Shown here: positions 1 to 8,900 of the stretch, one piece after another
How the letters are laid out: each line of letters begins with the position of its first letter
How positions within the stretch are numbered: the first letter of the stretch is position 1
From: Chloroflexota bacterium
GTDB lineage: Bacteria; Chloroflexota; Limnocylindria; Limnocylindrales; CSP1-4
Assembly (NCBI GenBank): GCA_003141455.1
Contig: PLMA01000020.1
Coordinates: 1 to 56,905, forward strand
Direction of reading: 5' to 3'
DNA: 56,905 bases
Notes under the pieces: model-generated
Told to the model about the DNA's origin: nothing
Database searches by the model: none
The model's input: the letters and a program-made list of their open reading frames with translations, nothing else
Made by a program: the position numbers and the translations under genes

Positions 1-74
1 ATCCGGTGCTAGGGAAGGACGGCGCTATCAAGCCATCGTGTTAGGGGCCTTTGCGATCCAGCTCGGTGCGACGA

Positions 75-118
75 TCCCGCATGTGGGTACGGCGGGTTCA
101 AGTCCTCTCCTCCCGGCA
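75..118 (+). other. degenerate tRNA-like 3' half (variable-arm-like hairpin, GGTTCAAGTCC T-loop, acceptor-like CCCGGCA)
   Basis: CCCGCATGTGGG hairpin, then GGCGGGTTCAAGTCCTCTCCTCCCGGCA. The T-stem is imperfect and no D-arm or anticodon arm is recognisable upstream. Confidence 0.3.
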
Positions 119-196
119 ATCGCCACCCCTCGTTGCAGGGCGGGGCGACAATAGCCGCGACGCGAGCGCGACTCCGATGAACGCACCTCGCGTCGC

Positions 197-1270
197 ATGG
201 CAAAGGGCGATCAAGTGAGCGCGACGGAACTGACGGCGGGGCTCAGGGAGGCCGCAAGAGAAGCCGGCATCGACCTGATCGGGGCGACAACGGCCGAGCC
301 CTTCGAGTTGCGCGAGGAATGGGGGCACGACCAGCCCCGGGAGCTACTTCCGAGCGCGCGTTCGGTCGTGGTGGCGGGCTTTTGCACGCGCTATGAGCCG
401 CGGCCTGTGGCCTCCGAGCCGGGTGCGCCGCGCGGCCTGTTCCCCGTGTACGGCAGCCGTGTCTTCGAGCAAATGGAGCGGCACTGCTGGAACGTGGTGG
501 GCGGCTACCTGCGCGAACGCGGCTACGCCGCGGTGGAAGCGCCGGAGATCGCCGTAAAGCCCGCGGTCGTGCGGGCCGGCCTGGGCCGCTACGGCAAGCA
601 CGCGGTGGTGGTCACGCGGGAGCTCGGCTCAATGGTCATGTTCGCCTGCGTGGTCACCGATGCACCGCTGGCCGCAGAGAACGCGCCGGTCTACGAGGAG
701 ACCTGCCCAAAGGGCTGCACGCGTTGCATCGATGCCTGCCCCACGGGTGCGCTGACAGGCGGGTACACGCTCGATCGATCCCGGTGCATCACCAACTGGC
801 TGTGGGGTGAATTCATCCCGGCGGAGCTGCGCGCCGAGCAGCAGAACCGGCTCTTCGGCTGCGGGGAATGCCTGTTCGCGTGCCCTCGCAACACGCGCGT
901 CCGGACGAGGGTCAGCTATCCGGTTCCTACGGACACGGTGAACGACAGCCCCGAACTGATCCCGCTCGCTGCCGGCGATCGCGACTACTACGACCTACAC
1001 ATCCCTACCTTCCCGAGGCGGGCGGGTTTCGATGTCATGCGCGACAACGCCATCGTCGCCCTGGGCAACGTCGGCGATCCGGCCGCCGTGGCGGCGTTGG
1101 GTGCGGTCCTTGGGGCCGAAGATTCCGACGAGCGCCTGCGGGCCTACTCGGCCTGGGCCCTTGGCCGTCTGGCCACCGAACGATCGCGCGAGCTGCTGGA
1201 GGCGGCGCGGGCTTCCGAGCGCGACCCCGCGGTGGCGGCGGAGATCGAGGCAGCGCTGGCGGGCGAGTAG
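197..1270 (+). CDS. epoxyqueuosine reductase (QueG)-like double 4Fe-4S protein with C-terminal HEAT-like repeat
   Basis: CPKGCTRCIDACPTGAL and RLFGCGECLFACPRN Fe-S motifs, AVVRAGLGRYGK, and NAIVALGN...AWALGRL HEAT repeat. Confidence 0.75.
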   Translation: MAKGDQVSATELTAGLREAAREAGIDLIGATTAEPFELREEWGHDQPRELLPSARSVVVAGFCTRYEPRPVASEPGAPRGLFPVYGSRVFEQMERHCWNVVGGYLRERGYAAVEAPEIAVKPAVVRAGLGRYGKHAVVVTRELGSMVMFACVVTDAPLAAENAPVYEETCPKGCTRCIDACPTGALTGGYTLDRSRCITNWLWGEFIPAELRAEQQNRLFGCGECLFACPRNTRVRTRVSYPVPTDTVNDSPELIPLAAGDRDYYDLHIPTFPRRAGFDVMRDNAIVALGNVGDPAAVAALGAVLGAEDSDERLRAYSAWALGRLATERSRELLEAARASERDPAVAAEIEAALAGE

Positions 1271-1549
1271 GGCCGCAGCGGCCGCCTCGGCACAACGGCG
1301 AAGGCAGTCTTGGCGGCCGCATCGGCGGGCCGAAGCCTCGCCAACGCGCCTGTCCAGCTCAACTGGAACTCCGATGAAGCAGCCGACGCCCATTCGGCGC
1401 CGCAGGGAGCACCGGATCGAACCGGCCGCCCGGTTCGCCGTCTGTCGGGCGCGGACCACCATTCCCGCACGATCGGGTGATCGTGCTCGACGATGCCCGG
1501 CCCCGAGCCAACCTAGGAGGCTCGAGCCTGGATCGCCTAACCTTGGACA

Positions 1550-2800
1550 ATGAGTCGACCACGACGGGGGACATGGATTGCGTTCCGATCCTTGCCGCTT
1601 TGTATGGCGGCAATCGTGGCCGCGTCGTGCGCGACGGCGCCCTCGTTCTCGACCAGCCCTGGCGCAAACCACGGGCAATCCGGCTCGGCGCTCACGCCCG
1701 CCTGGTCAGGCGCTACGGGTGGCTCGAGTCCGACTCCCGGGAGTTCGGCGACTTGCGCCACGCGCACATTGGCCGACATGACCGAGGAACAGCGCGTTGG
1801 GCAGCTGTTCGTTCTCGGAATCGAAGGTGACAGCCTTTCGCCCGCGGAGACATCCGCCGTCGAGACTGACCACTTCGGGTCGGCTTATCTGGTCAACTCG
1901 CGGACGGGCGGAGTTGAGAGCGTTCGAACGCTCACGAGTGCTATCGATGTGCTTGCGACCGACTCGAACACCCACGGCGTCGGATTCTTCATCGCCGCCG
2001 ATCAGGAGGGCGGGCAGGTCCAGCGCCTGAGCGGCCCCGGATTCACGACGATCCCATCCGCCCTCCTCCAGGGCCAGATACCGACCACGACCCTCCAGGC
2101 AGAAGCCGCCACCTGGGGCCGCGAGCTCTCAGCTGCTGGCGTCAATCTCGTCCTCGGGCCGGTCATGGATGTGGTGCCGCCTGGGGCGGACGCAATCAAC
2201 GAACCCATCGGGGCGTTGCAGCGCGAATACGGCCATGACCCGACGACGGTTAGCAGCCACGGCGCAGCAGTGATAAAGGGCATGGCCCAGGCCGGCATAG
2301 CCACCACGCTCAAGCACTTCCCAGGCTTGGGGCGAGTGGTTGGCAACACCGACACGACCAGCGGCGTGGTCGACTCCACCACCACGTCCGACGACCCATA
2401 TCTCGCCGCCTTCCAGACGGGCATACAGGTCGGGGCGCCGTTCGTAATGGTTTCGCTGGCGACCTACTCGGCCATCGATCCTGATCGTCAGGCGATCTTT
2501 TCACCGACGATCATCGGGACTCTGCTGCGCGGCCAGCTCGGCTTCAAGGGAGTCGTGGTGTCAGACGATCTCGGGGCGACGGCTGCAGTTTCTTCTCTCG
2601 CGCCCGGCGGTCGGGCCACAGCGTTCATCGCGTCAGGCGGGGACCTGATCGTCGTCGGGAGCGTCAGTCCGGCCACCGAAATGGCCGCCGCGGTCCTGGC
2701 TCGGGCCCGGTCCGACACCGTCTTCGCAGCCCAGGTCGACACCGCCGCTCTGCAGGTTCTCGAAGTTAAGGCAACCTACGGGCTGCTTTCCTGCGGTTGA
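1550..2800 (+). CDS. secreted/lipoprotein glycoside hydrolase family 3 (NagZ-like), start uncertain
   Basis: ADQEGGQVQRL, KHFPGLG and VVSDDL motifs; N-terminal lipobox-like AASC followed by an S/T/P-rich linker. Confidence 0.85.
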   Translation: MSRPRRGTWIAFRSLPLCMAAIVAASCATAPSFSTSPGANHGQSGSALTPAWSGATGGSSPTPGSSATCATRTLADMTEEQRVGQLFVLGIEGDSLSPAETSAVETDHFGSAYLVNSRTGGVESVRTLTSAIDVLATDSNTHGVGFFIAADQEGGQVQRLSGPGFTTIPSALLQGQIPTTTLQAEAATWGRELSAAGVNLVLGPVMDVVPPGADAINEPIGALQREYGHDPTTVSSHGAAVIKGMAQAGIATTLKHFPGLGRVVGNTDTTSGVVDSTTTSDDPYLAAFQTGIQVGAPFVMVSLATYSAIDPDRQAIFSPTIIGTLLRGQLGFKGVVVSDDLGATAAVSSLAPGGRATAFIASGGDLIVVGSVSPATEMAAAVLARARSDTVFAAQVDTAALQVLEVKATYGLLSCG

Positions 2801-2904
2801 CGGTCGATCTCAACGTTGGCCCTCACTACGCCGCGATCGTGCTGCCCACGGCCTGACTGTGGCTTTGCCCGAGCGGGTGTCGCTCGCGAGCGAAGAGCGT
2901 GTGA

Positions 2905-2980
2905 TGGCGCGCCCGACAGGATTCGAACCTGCGACCTTCGGCTCCGGAGGCCGACGCTCTATCCGCTGAGCTACAGGCGC
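2905..2980 (-). tRNA. tRNA-Arg(CCG)
   Basis: Reverse complement GCGCCTGTAGCTCAGCGGATAGAGCG-TCGGC-CTCCGGA-GCCGA-...GGTTCGAATCC...GGGCGCGCCA forms a full cloverleaf with encoded CCA. Confidence 0.97.
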
Positions 2981-3025
2981 GCGACCCCGCGGCGGCGATC
3001 ACGGAGGACCGGCTGCGCGGGAGGC

Positions 3026-3036
3026 AAGGATAGCAG
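3026..3036 (-). promoter_or_regulatory. extended -10 promoter of tRNA-Arg (CTGCTATCCTT)
   Basis: TG-n-TATCCT; the identical 11-mer precedes tRNA-Asp at 8580-8590. Confidence 0.6.
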
Positions 3037-3135
3037 CGCGGCTGCGATGCAGGAAGGCGCCGGGCCGGTCGGTCGGGCCACGTCGGACGGCTGGTTCGGG
3101 CCGTTCCTCGGACCGTCGAATCAGGCCTGAGAATC

Positions 3136-3163
3136 CGAAGCGGCTCCCGAAGGAGCCGCTTCG
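3136..3163 (-). terminator. 12-bp GC-rich hairpin with cUUCGg tetraloop on the minus strand
   Basis: CGAAGCGGCTCC-TTCG-GGAGCCGCTTCG is a perfect inverted repeat; the U-tract is weak. Confidence 0.7.
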
Positions 3164-3306
3164 TTGCTGTCCCGGTGAACGATCGACCCGCCGTAACGGA
3201 CCGTCTTCTGCCACGCTACAAAGGCATCTATCACGTCGGCTGCACCGACTACCCTAACCCGACCTACCCATGACCTTGTAACTGGGGCAACTTGCTGACT
3301 GGCAGC
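3136..3306 (-). ncRNA. candidate unannotated structured small RNA
   Basis: TAGACT -10 box (3313-3318), nested stems with G-U pairs only on the minus strand, terminal UUCG hairpin, no credible ORF. Confidence 0.5.
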
Positions 3307-3525
3307 TTCTAGAGTCTACAGCCGTTTCTGCCTTCAATCCAAGGGTTTTGGCGGTATATCGGGTTAAAATCCCGCAACCTTGTTAGGGTTGTGTAACGAC
3401 TTCGTTGCGACCGGCGGAACAGTCCAGACGAGGGCTCGCAATTGGACCCTCCGACCCGTCACGCAGTCCCCCCGCCCGATTGCCCCCGGGCCGGCCGGGT
3501 GGCCAGCCAGGTGGTCGCCCGAAGG

Positions 3526-4017
3526 TCAATCGGCGATCGTCACCGACTTCATGGCCGTGGGCTCGGCAGGCTGGTCCCGGCCGTCGCGCTTGCCGGCGGC
3601 GATACCGTCGACCACGTCCATCCCTTCGGTCACTCGCCCAAAGAGGGTGTACTTCTTTGGCAGCCGCCCACCCGAGAGATCTGCCAGGCAGACGAAGAAC
3701 TGGCTGCCGTTCGTGTTCGGACCGGCGTTGGCCATGGCCACGGCACCGCGCTCGTAGTCGCCCTCGAAAGGCTCGTCGGCGAACTTGTAGCCCGGGCCGC
3801 CGGTTCCGAGGCGCCCTCGATCGAGCCGATCGATATGGCCGTACTCCCCGTCGCCGCCCTGGATGACGAAGCCGGGCACGAGGCGGTGGAAGATGACGCC
3901 GTCATAGAAGCCCTTGCGGGCGAGCTCGATGAAGTTGGCGGTCGCTTTGGGCGCGCTCTTGGTGTAGAGCTCGATCTCGATGGCGCCCTTGTCGATCACG
4001 ATCGTCGCCTTGGTCAT
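3526..4017 (-). CDS. cyclophilin-type peptidyl-prolyl isomerase (cytoplasmic)
   Basis: FYDGVIFHRLVPGFVIQGGD and AMANAGPNTNGSQFFV motifs; AGGAG RBS. Confidence 0.95.
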   Translation of the reverse strand: MTKATIVIDKGAIEIELYTKSAPKATANFIELARKGFYDGVIFHRLVPGFVIQGGDGEYGHIDRLDRGRLGTGGPGYKFADEPFEGDYERGAVAMANAGPNTNGSQFFVCLADLSGGRLPKKYTLFGRVTEGMDVVDGIAAGKRDGRDQPAEPTAMKSVTIAD

Positions 4018-4135
4018 CCGTTTCTCCTTGTTCGGTCGGCTCTTGCTCGCAACAGCGTGCCATGGATGACCGGGGAGCGGAACCGGCCGGCTGAGGATGG
4101 CACGGCGCAGAACGCCTGCGGGCCGGTCTCCGCCG

Positions 4136-4879
4136 CTACGGCGTGACGACGGTCGTGCTGGTGATCACCGCCGGCTGCAGCGGCATCGACGGCGGCTCGC
4201 CGTTGGGCCCTGTCTCGCCGCCCAGTGGGATGGCCGCGATCCGGTCGGCGACCTCCATGCCGGACGTTACCGAGCCGAAGATAGCGTAGTTGTTGGTGGT
4301 GGTGGCGCCGAGGCTCGCCTGGGCGGAATCGTCCAGGACGATGAAGAACTGCGAGTTGCCGGAGTTGGCCGCGCTCGTTCGGGCGATGGCGACTGTGCCG
4401 CGCTTGTAGGTCGTGGTCACTTTGTCATCCGGAATGGTCCAGCCGGGCCCACCCTGGCCCATCTTGTCGGGCGCGAAGCTCGGGAGCCTGCCGTATTGCC
4501 CGTCGCCGGTCTGGATGATGAACTTGACCACGACCCGGTGGAAGAGGACGTTGTCGTAGTAGCCGCAGCGCGCAAGGGCGACGAAGGCGCCGGCGGCGTT
4601 GGGGCCCAGGCTCGAGTCGACCTTGACCACAATGTTGCCGAAGTTGGTCGTCATCGTGACCGTCGCGGTACCGCTGGTCAGGGGGGCCGGAACGGAGGTC
4701 GGGCAGCCGATGGGGCCAGGCCCGAGGGTGTACGGCGGCGTGGTCGGAGGGTTCGTGGGCAGGGCACTCGGCGAGGGAGTGGGCGCTGCCGTCGGCACGG
4801 AGCAGCCGGCGAAGAGGAGCGCAACGAGGCCGACTGTCGCGAGCCGGCGCGTCGACGAAGAGAGACGGGCGAGGATCAT
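4136..4879 (-). CDS. cyclophilin-type peptidyl-prolyl isomerase, lipoprotein
   Basis: Lipobox LFAGC, P/T linker, YYDNVLFHRVV..FIIQTGD and NSGNSQFFI; ATG overlaps the upstream stop (ATGA). Confidence 0.9.
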   Translation of the reverse strand: MILARLSSSTRRLATVGLVALLFAGCSVPTAAPTPSPSALPTNPPTTPPYTLGPGPIGCPTSVPAPLTSGTATVTMTTNFGNIVVKVDSSLGPNAAGAFVALARCGYYDNVLFHRVVVKFIIQTGDGQYGRLPSFAPDKMGQGGPGWTIPDDKVTTTYKRGTVAIARTSAANSGNSQFFIVLDDSAQASLGATTTNNYAIFGSVTSGMEVADRIAAIPLGGETGPNGEPPSMPLQPAVITSTTVVTP

Positions 4880-5577
4880 GCAGCGGCCTCCAGGGCTTTG
4901 GCGAAGTCTACTGCGCCGGACAGTAGCGGCTCTCCGAGGATGATTCCTGCGATCGCGGCGTCTCGCAGGCCTCTGATTGCATCGAGGTCGACGGACCCTC
5001 CCGCCACGAACAGCTCGACGCCAAGCGTTCGAGCCAGCCCGGCCAGAAACCCCAGGTCCGGACGCGCACCGCCGTGCGACAGAACGAGCCGCCGGACGCC
5101 CTGGTCCGTCAGCTCGCCGGCCAGTTCTTCCAGACTCGGCGGAGCGGGTCGGTGCCAAGGATACGCGGCAATGCGTTCAGGCCGCAGGTCCAGTCCGACG
5201 GCAAGCCAGTCACCGGCCACGACGAGGCACTCGCGCAGGAGCTCGGGGCGGTCCGCCACGGTCATCGATACGACCACTCGCGTGGCCCCGGCCGCGAACG
5301 CGAGCCTGATGTTGTCCGCGCCCTCCATGCCCCCGGCGACCTGCAGTGGCACCGCCACTCGCTGGGCCACGCGGCCGAAGGCCTCGAGGTTGACCGGACG
5401 TCCGGCTCGGGCGCCGTCCATGTCCACGAAATGGATTAGCTGCGCACCCTGTGCCACGAACCGCTCGGCAATCCGTTCGGGGCGATCCGTCGGCGAGCCG
5501 ACGCCCGCGGCCGCGCCCGGCCAATAGACCAGCCGCGAGCGACCGTTCTCGACGTCTATGGATGGGATGACGAGCAC
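4876..5577 (-). CDS. HisA/HisF-like TIM-barrel protein (divergent)
   Basis: VIPSIDVENGR, IHFVDMDGA, LQVAGG, AVGLD and FVAGG follow the HisA layout, but several active-site loops are altered. Confidence 0.75.
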   Translation of the reverse strand: MLVIPSIDVENGRSRLVYWPGAAAGVGSPTDRPERIAERFVAQGAQLIHFVDMDGARAGRPVNLEAFGRVAQRVAVPLQVAGGMEGADNIRLAFAAGATRVVVSMTVADRPELLRECLVVAGDWLAVGLDLRPERIAAYPWHRPAPPSLEELAGELTDQGVRRLVLSHGGARPDLGFLAGLARTLGVELFVAGGSVDLDAIRGLRDAAIAGIILGEPLLSGAVDFAKALEAAA

Positions 5578-5625
5578 AGCGGCGCCCTCTGCGTTCCTTT
5601 GACTGCGCCCGAACCTCCGCCGCGC

Positions 5626-7338
5626 CTAGGATCCGGCCGCGATGCCGCCCGCGGAGCCACCCGCAACGGCGGCGGCCTCGGCCGCAAGGAGTCGCCGCTG
5701 GAAGCTGATCGGGAGAGATCCGTTGCGGAGCAGAGAGTCGTGGAAGCCCTTCAGGCTGAAACGATCGCCGAGCCGGCGCTGCTCATCGGCCCGGAGCGCC
5801 AGCAGTAGCACCTTGCCGAGCAGGTAGCTCAGCTGATAGGTCGGCGTGTAGGTGTAGCGGAAGACCTCGGCCTGGGCGTTGGCGTGCTCGAAGCCGGTGT
5901 GCTCGACCAGGAAGGCGGTCGCTTCCTCGACGCTCAACTCGCCGCGGTGCATCCGCACGTCCAGGATGATCCGGCAGGCTCGCCAGATCGCGTCGGTGTG
6001 CAGGGCCAGCATGAACTCAGGCCCGTCGTCGAAGCCCTGCTCGCGCATCATCTGCTCGCTGTACATCCCCCAGCCCTCGACGAATTCCGGGGCGTCGGTC
6101 AGCAGGCGGACCAGCGACGGATGCCGGACCGCCGCGGACAGCTGCAGGTGGTGGCCGGGGTATGCCTCGTGGACGCTGGTGTTGCTGATCGAGGCGTAGT
6201 TGTGCTCTCGCATCGCGTTCGGGTCGTTCCCGACTGACGGCGTGACGATGTAGATGCCGGATGGGTTCTTGTCGAACTTGCCGGGCTCGAAGTACGCGGC
6301 GAACGGGATGACGGTGCGCAGGTACTCCGGCGTGGGGATGACGGAGATCCTCTCGCCGGGCGGCAGCGTCGCGATCTCGTGCTCGACGATGTGGGCCCGG
6401 GCTCGCATCATGGCGTCCTTGTAGGCCGCCAGAGCCTCTTCGAAGGTGGCCGGGTGGTTCGACTTGATCCGGTCGACGACCGCCGGCTCGTCCACGCTCG
6501 GGTCGATGCGGCGGGCGTCCTCCACCCGCGCGGCCTTGTTCAGCGCCAGCTGCTGGTAGCCGACCTCGAGGATCTGGGAGGCGTCCAGGCCCTCGAAAGC
6601 CCGCAGCCCGACGAGCTCGTCGTACGCCTCGGAGCCGAGGGCCCAGCTTTCCACGGTTGCGCCCATCGCGCCCTTGATCGTCAGAAGGTACGCGGCGACC
6701 GATGCGGAAGCCGTTTCCACGGCCTTATCCAGGCGGGCCTGTGCCAGCTCGCCCAGGACCCCGACGCCGGCAGCCTTGATCTCGTTGAAGAGGAACGGCA
6801 TCTGCTCGCCCGAGTCGAGCTCCAGCTCCTGCCAGAGGCGGACCTGCGGCGCGGACGCGCGGGTCCGGTGCTGCTCGAGCAGGTCCGGGACGCCTTCCAG
6901 GCGTGCGGTCAGGGACGCGAGCCGCTCGGCGAGGGGCGCGAAGTCTCGGGCGAAGACGCTGAAGAGCGCGTCGCCGATCTGGTCCAACGCCGTAGAGCGG
7001 CGCTCCCAGACGCGATGCACCTCCAGGTCGAAGAGCTCGCGGCGAGTGTTGTGCAGGGCCAGCTCGCGCTCCAAACGCACGCTCTCCGACAGGCCGGCCG
7101 GATCGATCGCCTCGATATCGCGCTCCATCCGGTGGGCGTCGGCGATCTCCTGCACCAGCGCGTCGCGCGTCGCGTCGTCCAGCCGGTCGTCGCCATCGTG
7201 CAGCCCGATGTATGTGGCGAGGATCGGATGCTTCTGCACCAGGTCGCGGAAGTTCGCTTCGATCAGGTCCCAGAACTTGCCGTCGAGAGGGCCGGCGGCC
7301 GGCGTGGACTCGGGCCGCGGAAGGACGAGATCCGGCAT
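5626..7338 (-). CDS. DUF885 family putative zinc metallopeptidase
   Basis: HEAYPGHHLQ, FVEGWGMYSE, WRACRIILD and PTYQLSYLLG motifs. Confidence 0.9.
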   Translation of the reverse strand: MPDLVLPRPESTPAAGPLDGKFWDLIEANFRDLVQKHPILATYIGLHDGDDRLDDATRDALVQEIADAHRMERDIEAIDPAGLSESVRLERELALHNTRRELFDLEVHRVWERRSTALDQIGDALFSVFARDFAPLAERLASLTARLEGVPDLLEQHRTRASAPQVRLWQELELDSGEQMPFLFNEIKAAGVGVLGELAQARLDKAVETASASVAAYLLTIKGAMGATVESWALGSEAYDELVGLRAFEGLDASQILEVGYQQLALNKAARVEDARRIDPSVDEPAVVDRIKSNHPATFEEALAAYKDAMMRARAHIVEHEIATLPPGERISVIPTPEYLRTVIPFAAYFEPGKFDKNPSGIYIVTPSVGNDPNAMREHNYASISNTSVHEAYPGHHLQLSAAVRHPSLVRLLTDAPEFVEGWGMYSEQMMREQGFDDGPEFMLALHTDAIWRACRIILDVRMHRGELSVEEATAFLVEHTGFEHANAQAEVFRYTYTPTYQLSYLLGKVLLLALRADEQRRLGDRFSLKGFHDSLLRNGSLPISFQRRLLAAEAAAVAGGSAGGIAAGS

Positions 7339-8493
7339 CTATCGCTCCATGGCTGTGCCTGAGGCTGCCGCGGCTCGAGCGGCCGGGGCGGCGGAGGCGG
7401 GCGCGGCGGGCGTGACCGTCGTTTCGCGGAGTGCGTCGGCGCTGGCCGCCAGGATGCGCTCCACGTCCGCGGCGGTGACGCCGTAGTGGGTCACGGCACG
7501 GACGGTGCCGCGGGTGTACTCGACCATGAGCACGCCGCGGGCCTTCAGAGCGTCGAGGAAGGCGGCCCTGTTTCGGCGTACTCGGAAGATCACGAAGTTG
7601 GTGGCGCTGCGAGCAGGGTCCAGCTTGCCGGGCGTCGGCTGGGCAAGCCCTCCGGGGGATTCGATGCCGTCGAGCGCGGCCAATCCCTCGGCCAGGCGGC
7701 GGGCGTTAGCGTGGTCCTCGGCCAGCCGATCGATCATCCCGTCCGGCCCGACGCGCAGCGCGACCAGCCCGGCCGCGGCCAGGACGCCGACCTGGCGCAT
7801 TCCGCCTCCGACGAGCTTCCGGCCGCGATGGGCCCGGAAAATGAAGTCTTTCGAGCCCACGACGAGCGAGCCGACCGGGCAGGAAAGACCCTTCGACAGG
7901 CAGAACGCCACCGAGTCGGCCGGCTCGGCCAGCGCCTTCGGGGAGACGCCAAGGGCTACGGTGGCGTTGAAGAAGCGGGCTCCGTCGACGTGGAGCGGAA
8001 CGCCGTGGGCGTGGGCGATGGCAGCCACGGCGCGGGTGTATTCGAGCGTCAGCGGCTGGGCCATGGAGTGGGCGTGGGTGTTCTCGAGCGCCACCAATCC
8101 GGTGATCGACTCATGGGGATCCGAGGCGTCGTGGAACGACTCGGCCAGTTCGTCGAGGTCCCATGTTCCGTCGGGTCGCTCGGGCATCTGCTTGATGGAT
8201 GTCCCCACCACGACCGCGTGACCGGCCTGCTCGTCCGCGACCATGTGGGTGCTCGCGCCGGCGATCGTCTCCTGGCCCCGTCCCAGGTGCCCGAGCTGCG
8301 AGACGAGGTTGGCCATCGAGCCGCTGGCGACGAACAGGGCGGCTTCCTTGCCGAGCAGCTCGGCCGCGCGTTCCTGCAGCGCGTTTACCGTGGGGTCGTC
8401 GCCGAAGACATCGTCGCCAACCTCGGCCTCGTACATCGCCTTGCGCATCGCGGGCGTAGGGTGAGTGACAGTGTCGCTGCGGAGGTCGATCAT
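7339..8493 (-). CDS. ltaE: low-specificity L-threonine aldolase
   Basis: MIDLRSDTVT, GDDVFGDDPT, LHVDGAR and CLSKGL (PLP lysine). Confidence 0.93.
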   Translation of the reverse strand: MIDLRSDTVTHPTPAMRKAMYEAEVGDDVFGDDPTVNALQERAAELLGKEAALFVASGSMANLVSQLGHLGRGQETIAGASTHMVADEQAGHAVVVGTSIKQMPERPDGTWDLDELAESFHDASDPHESITGLVALENTHAHSMAQPLTLEYTRAVAAIAHAHGVPLHVDGARFFNATVALGVSPKALAEPADSVAFCLSKGLSCPVGSLVVGSKDFIFRAHRGRKLVGGGMRQVGVLAAAGLVALRVGPDGMIDRLAEDHANARRLAEGLAALDGIESPGGLAQPTPGKLDPARSATNFVIFRVRRNRAAFLDALKARGVLMVEYTRGTVRAVTHYGVTAADVERILAASADALRETTVTPAAPASAAPAARAAAASGTAMER

Positions 8494-8579
8494 CGGGGAC
8501 GGGTCTCGCTGCTGGGTCTCGTCGCTTCGTCGCGAGTCGTCGGTCGAGTATAGGTCGAGTGGGCATCTAGGGCCCCCAC

Positions 8580-8590
8580 CTGCTATCCTT
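8580..8590 (+). promoter_or_regulatory. extended -10 promoter of tRNA-Asp (CTGCTATCCTT)
   Basis: Same 11-mer as upstream of tRNA-Arg, 12 nt before the tRNA. Confidence 0.6.
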
Positions 8591-8602
8591 CGCGGTCGGC
8601 AC

Positions 8603-8679
8603 GGGCTCGTGGTGTAGCGGCCTAACATGCCAGCCTGTCACGCTGGAGACCGCCGGTTCGAATCCGGTCGAGCCCGCCA
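8603..8679 (+). tRNA. tRNA-Asp(GTC)
   Basis: GGGCTCG acceptor stem, CCAGC-CTGTCAC-GCTGG anticodon arm, GGTTCGAATCC T-loop and CCA end. Confidence 0.97.
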
Positions 8680-8693
8680 TCCGCGCATCTTCC

Positions 8694-8723
8694 AGCCCCG
8701 TCCCCGCCCGGACGGGGCTTCTC
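8694..8723 (+). terminator. hairpin terminator after tRNA-Asp
   Basis: AGCCCCGTCC...GGACGGGGCT followed by TCTCT. Confidence 0.65.
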
Positions 8724-8900
8724 TCTGCCGGTTGCGCCGCGACAATGCGGCGGCACGCAGCGGCCGCGGGGCGACCTCCGGCGGCACGCGGCGACACCCG
8801 CCCCACAAGAACGCTGTGCCAATCGATGCCGGCTAACGCACAATCAGGCGCGCCAGGCGCCGCATCAAGCGTCGTCGCATCGCTGGGGAGGCACGAGCAC

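Noticed and set aside
61-120. tmRNA 3' end or intact tRNA
   Set aside because: No CCACCA end, mismatched T-stem and no D or anticodon arms; kept only as a low-confidence remnant.
4097-5527. 476-aa plus-strand ORF
   Set aside because: Antisense shadow of the cyclophilin and HisA-like genes.
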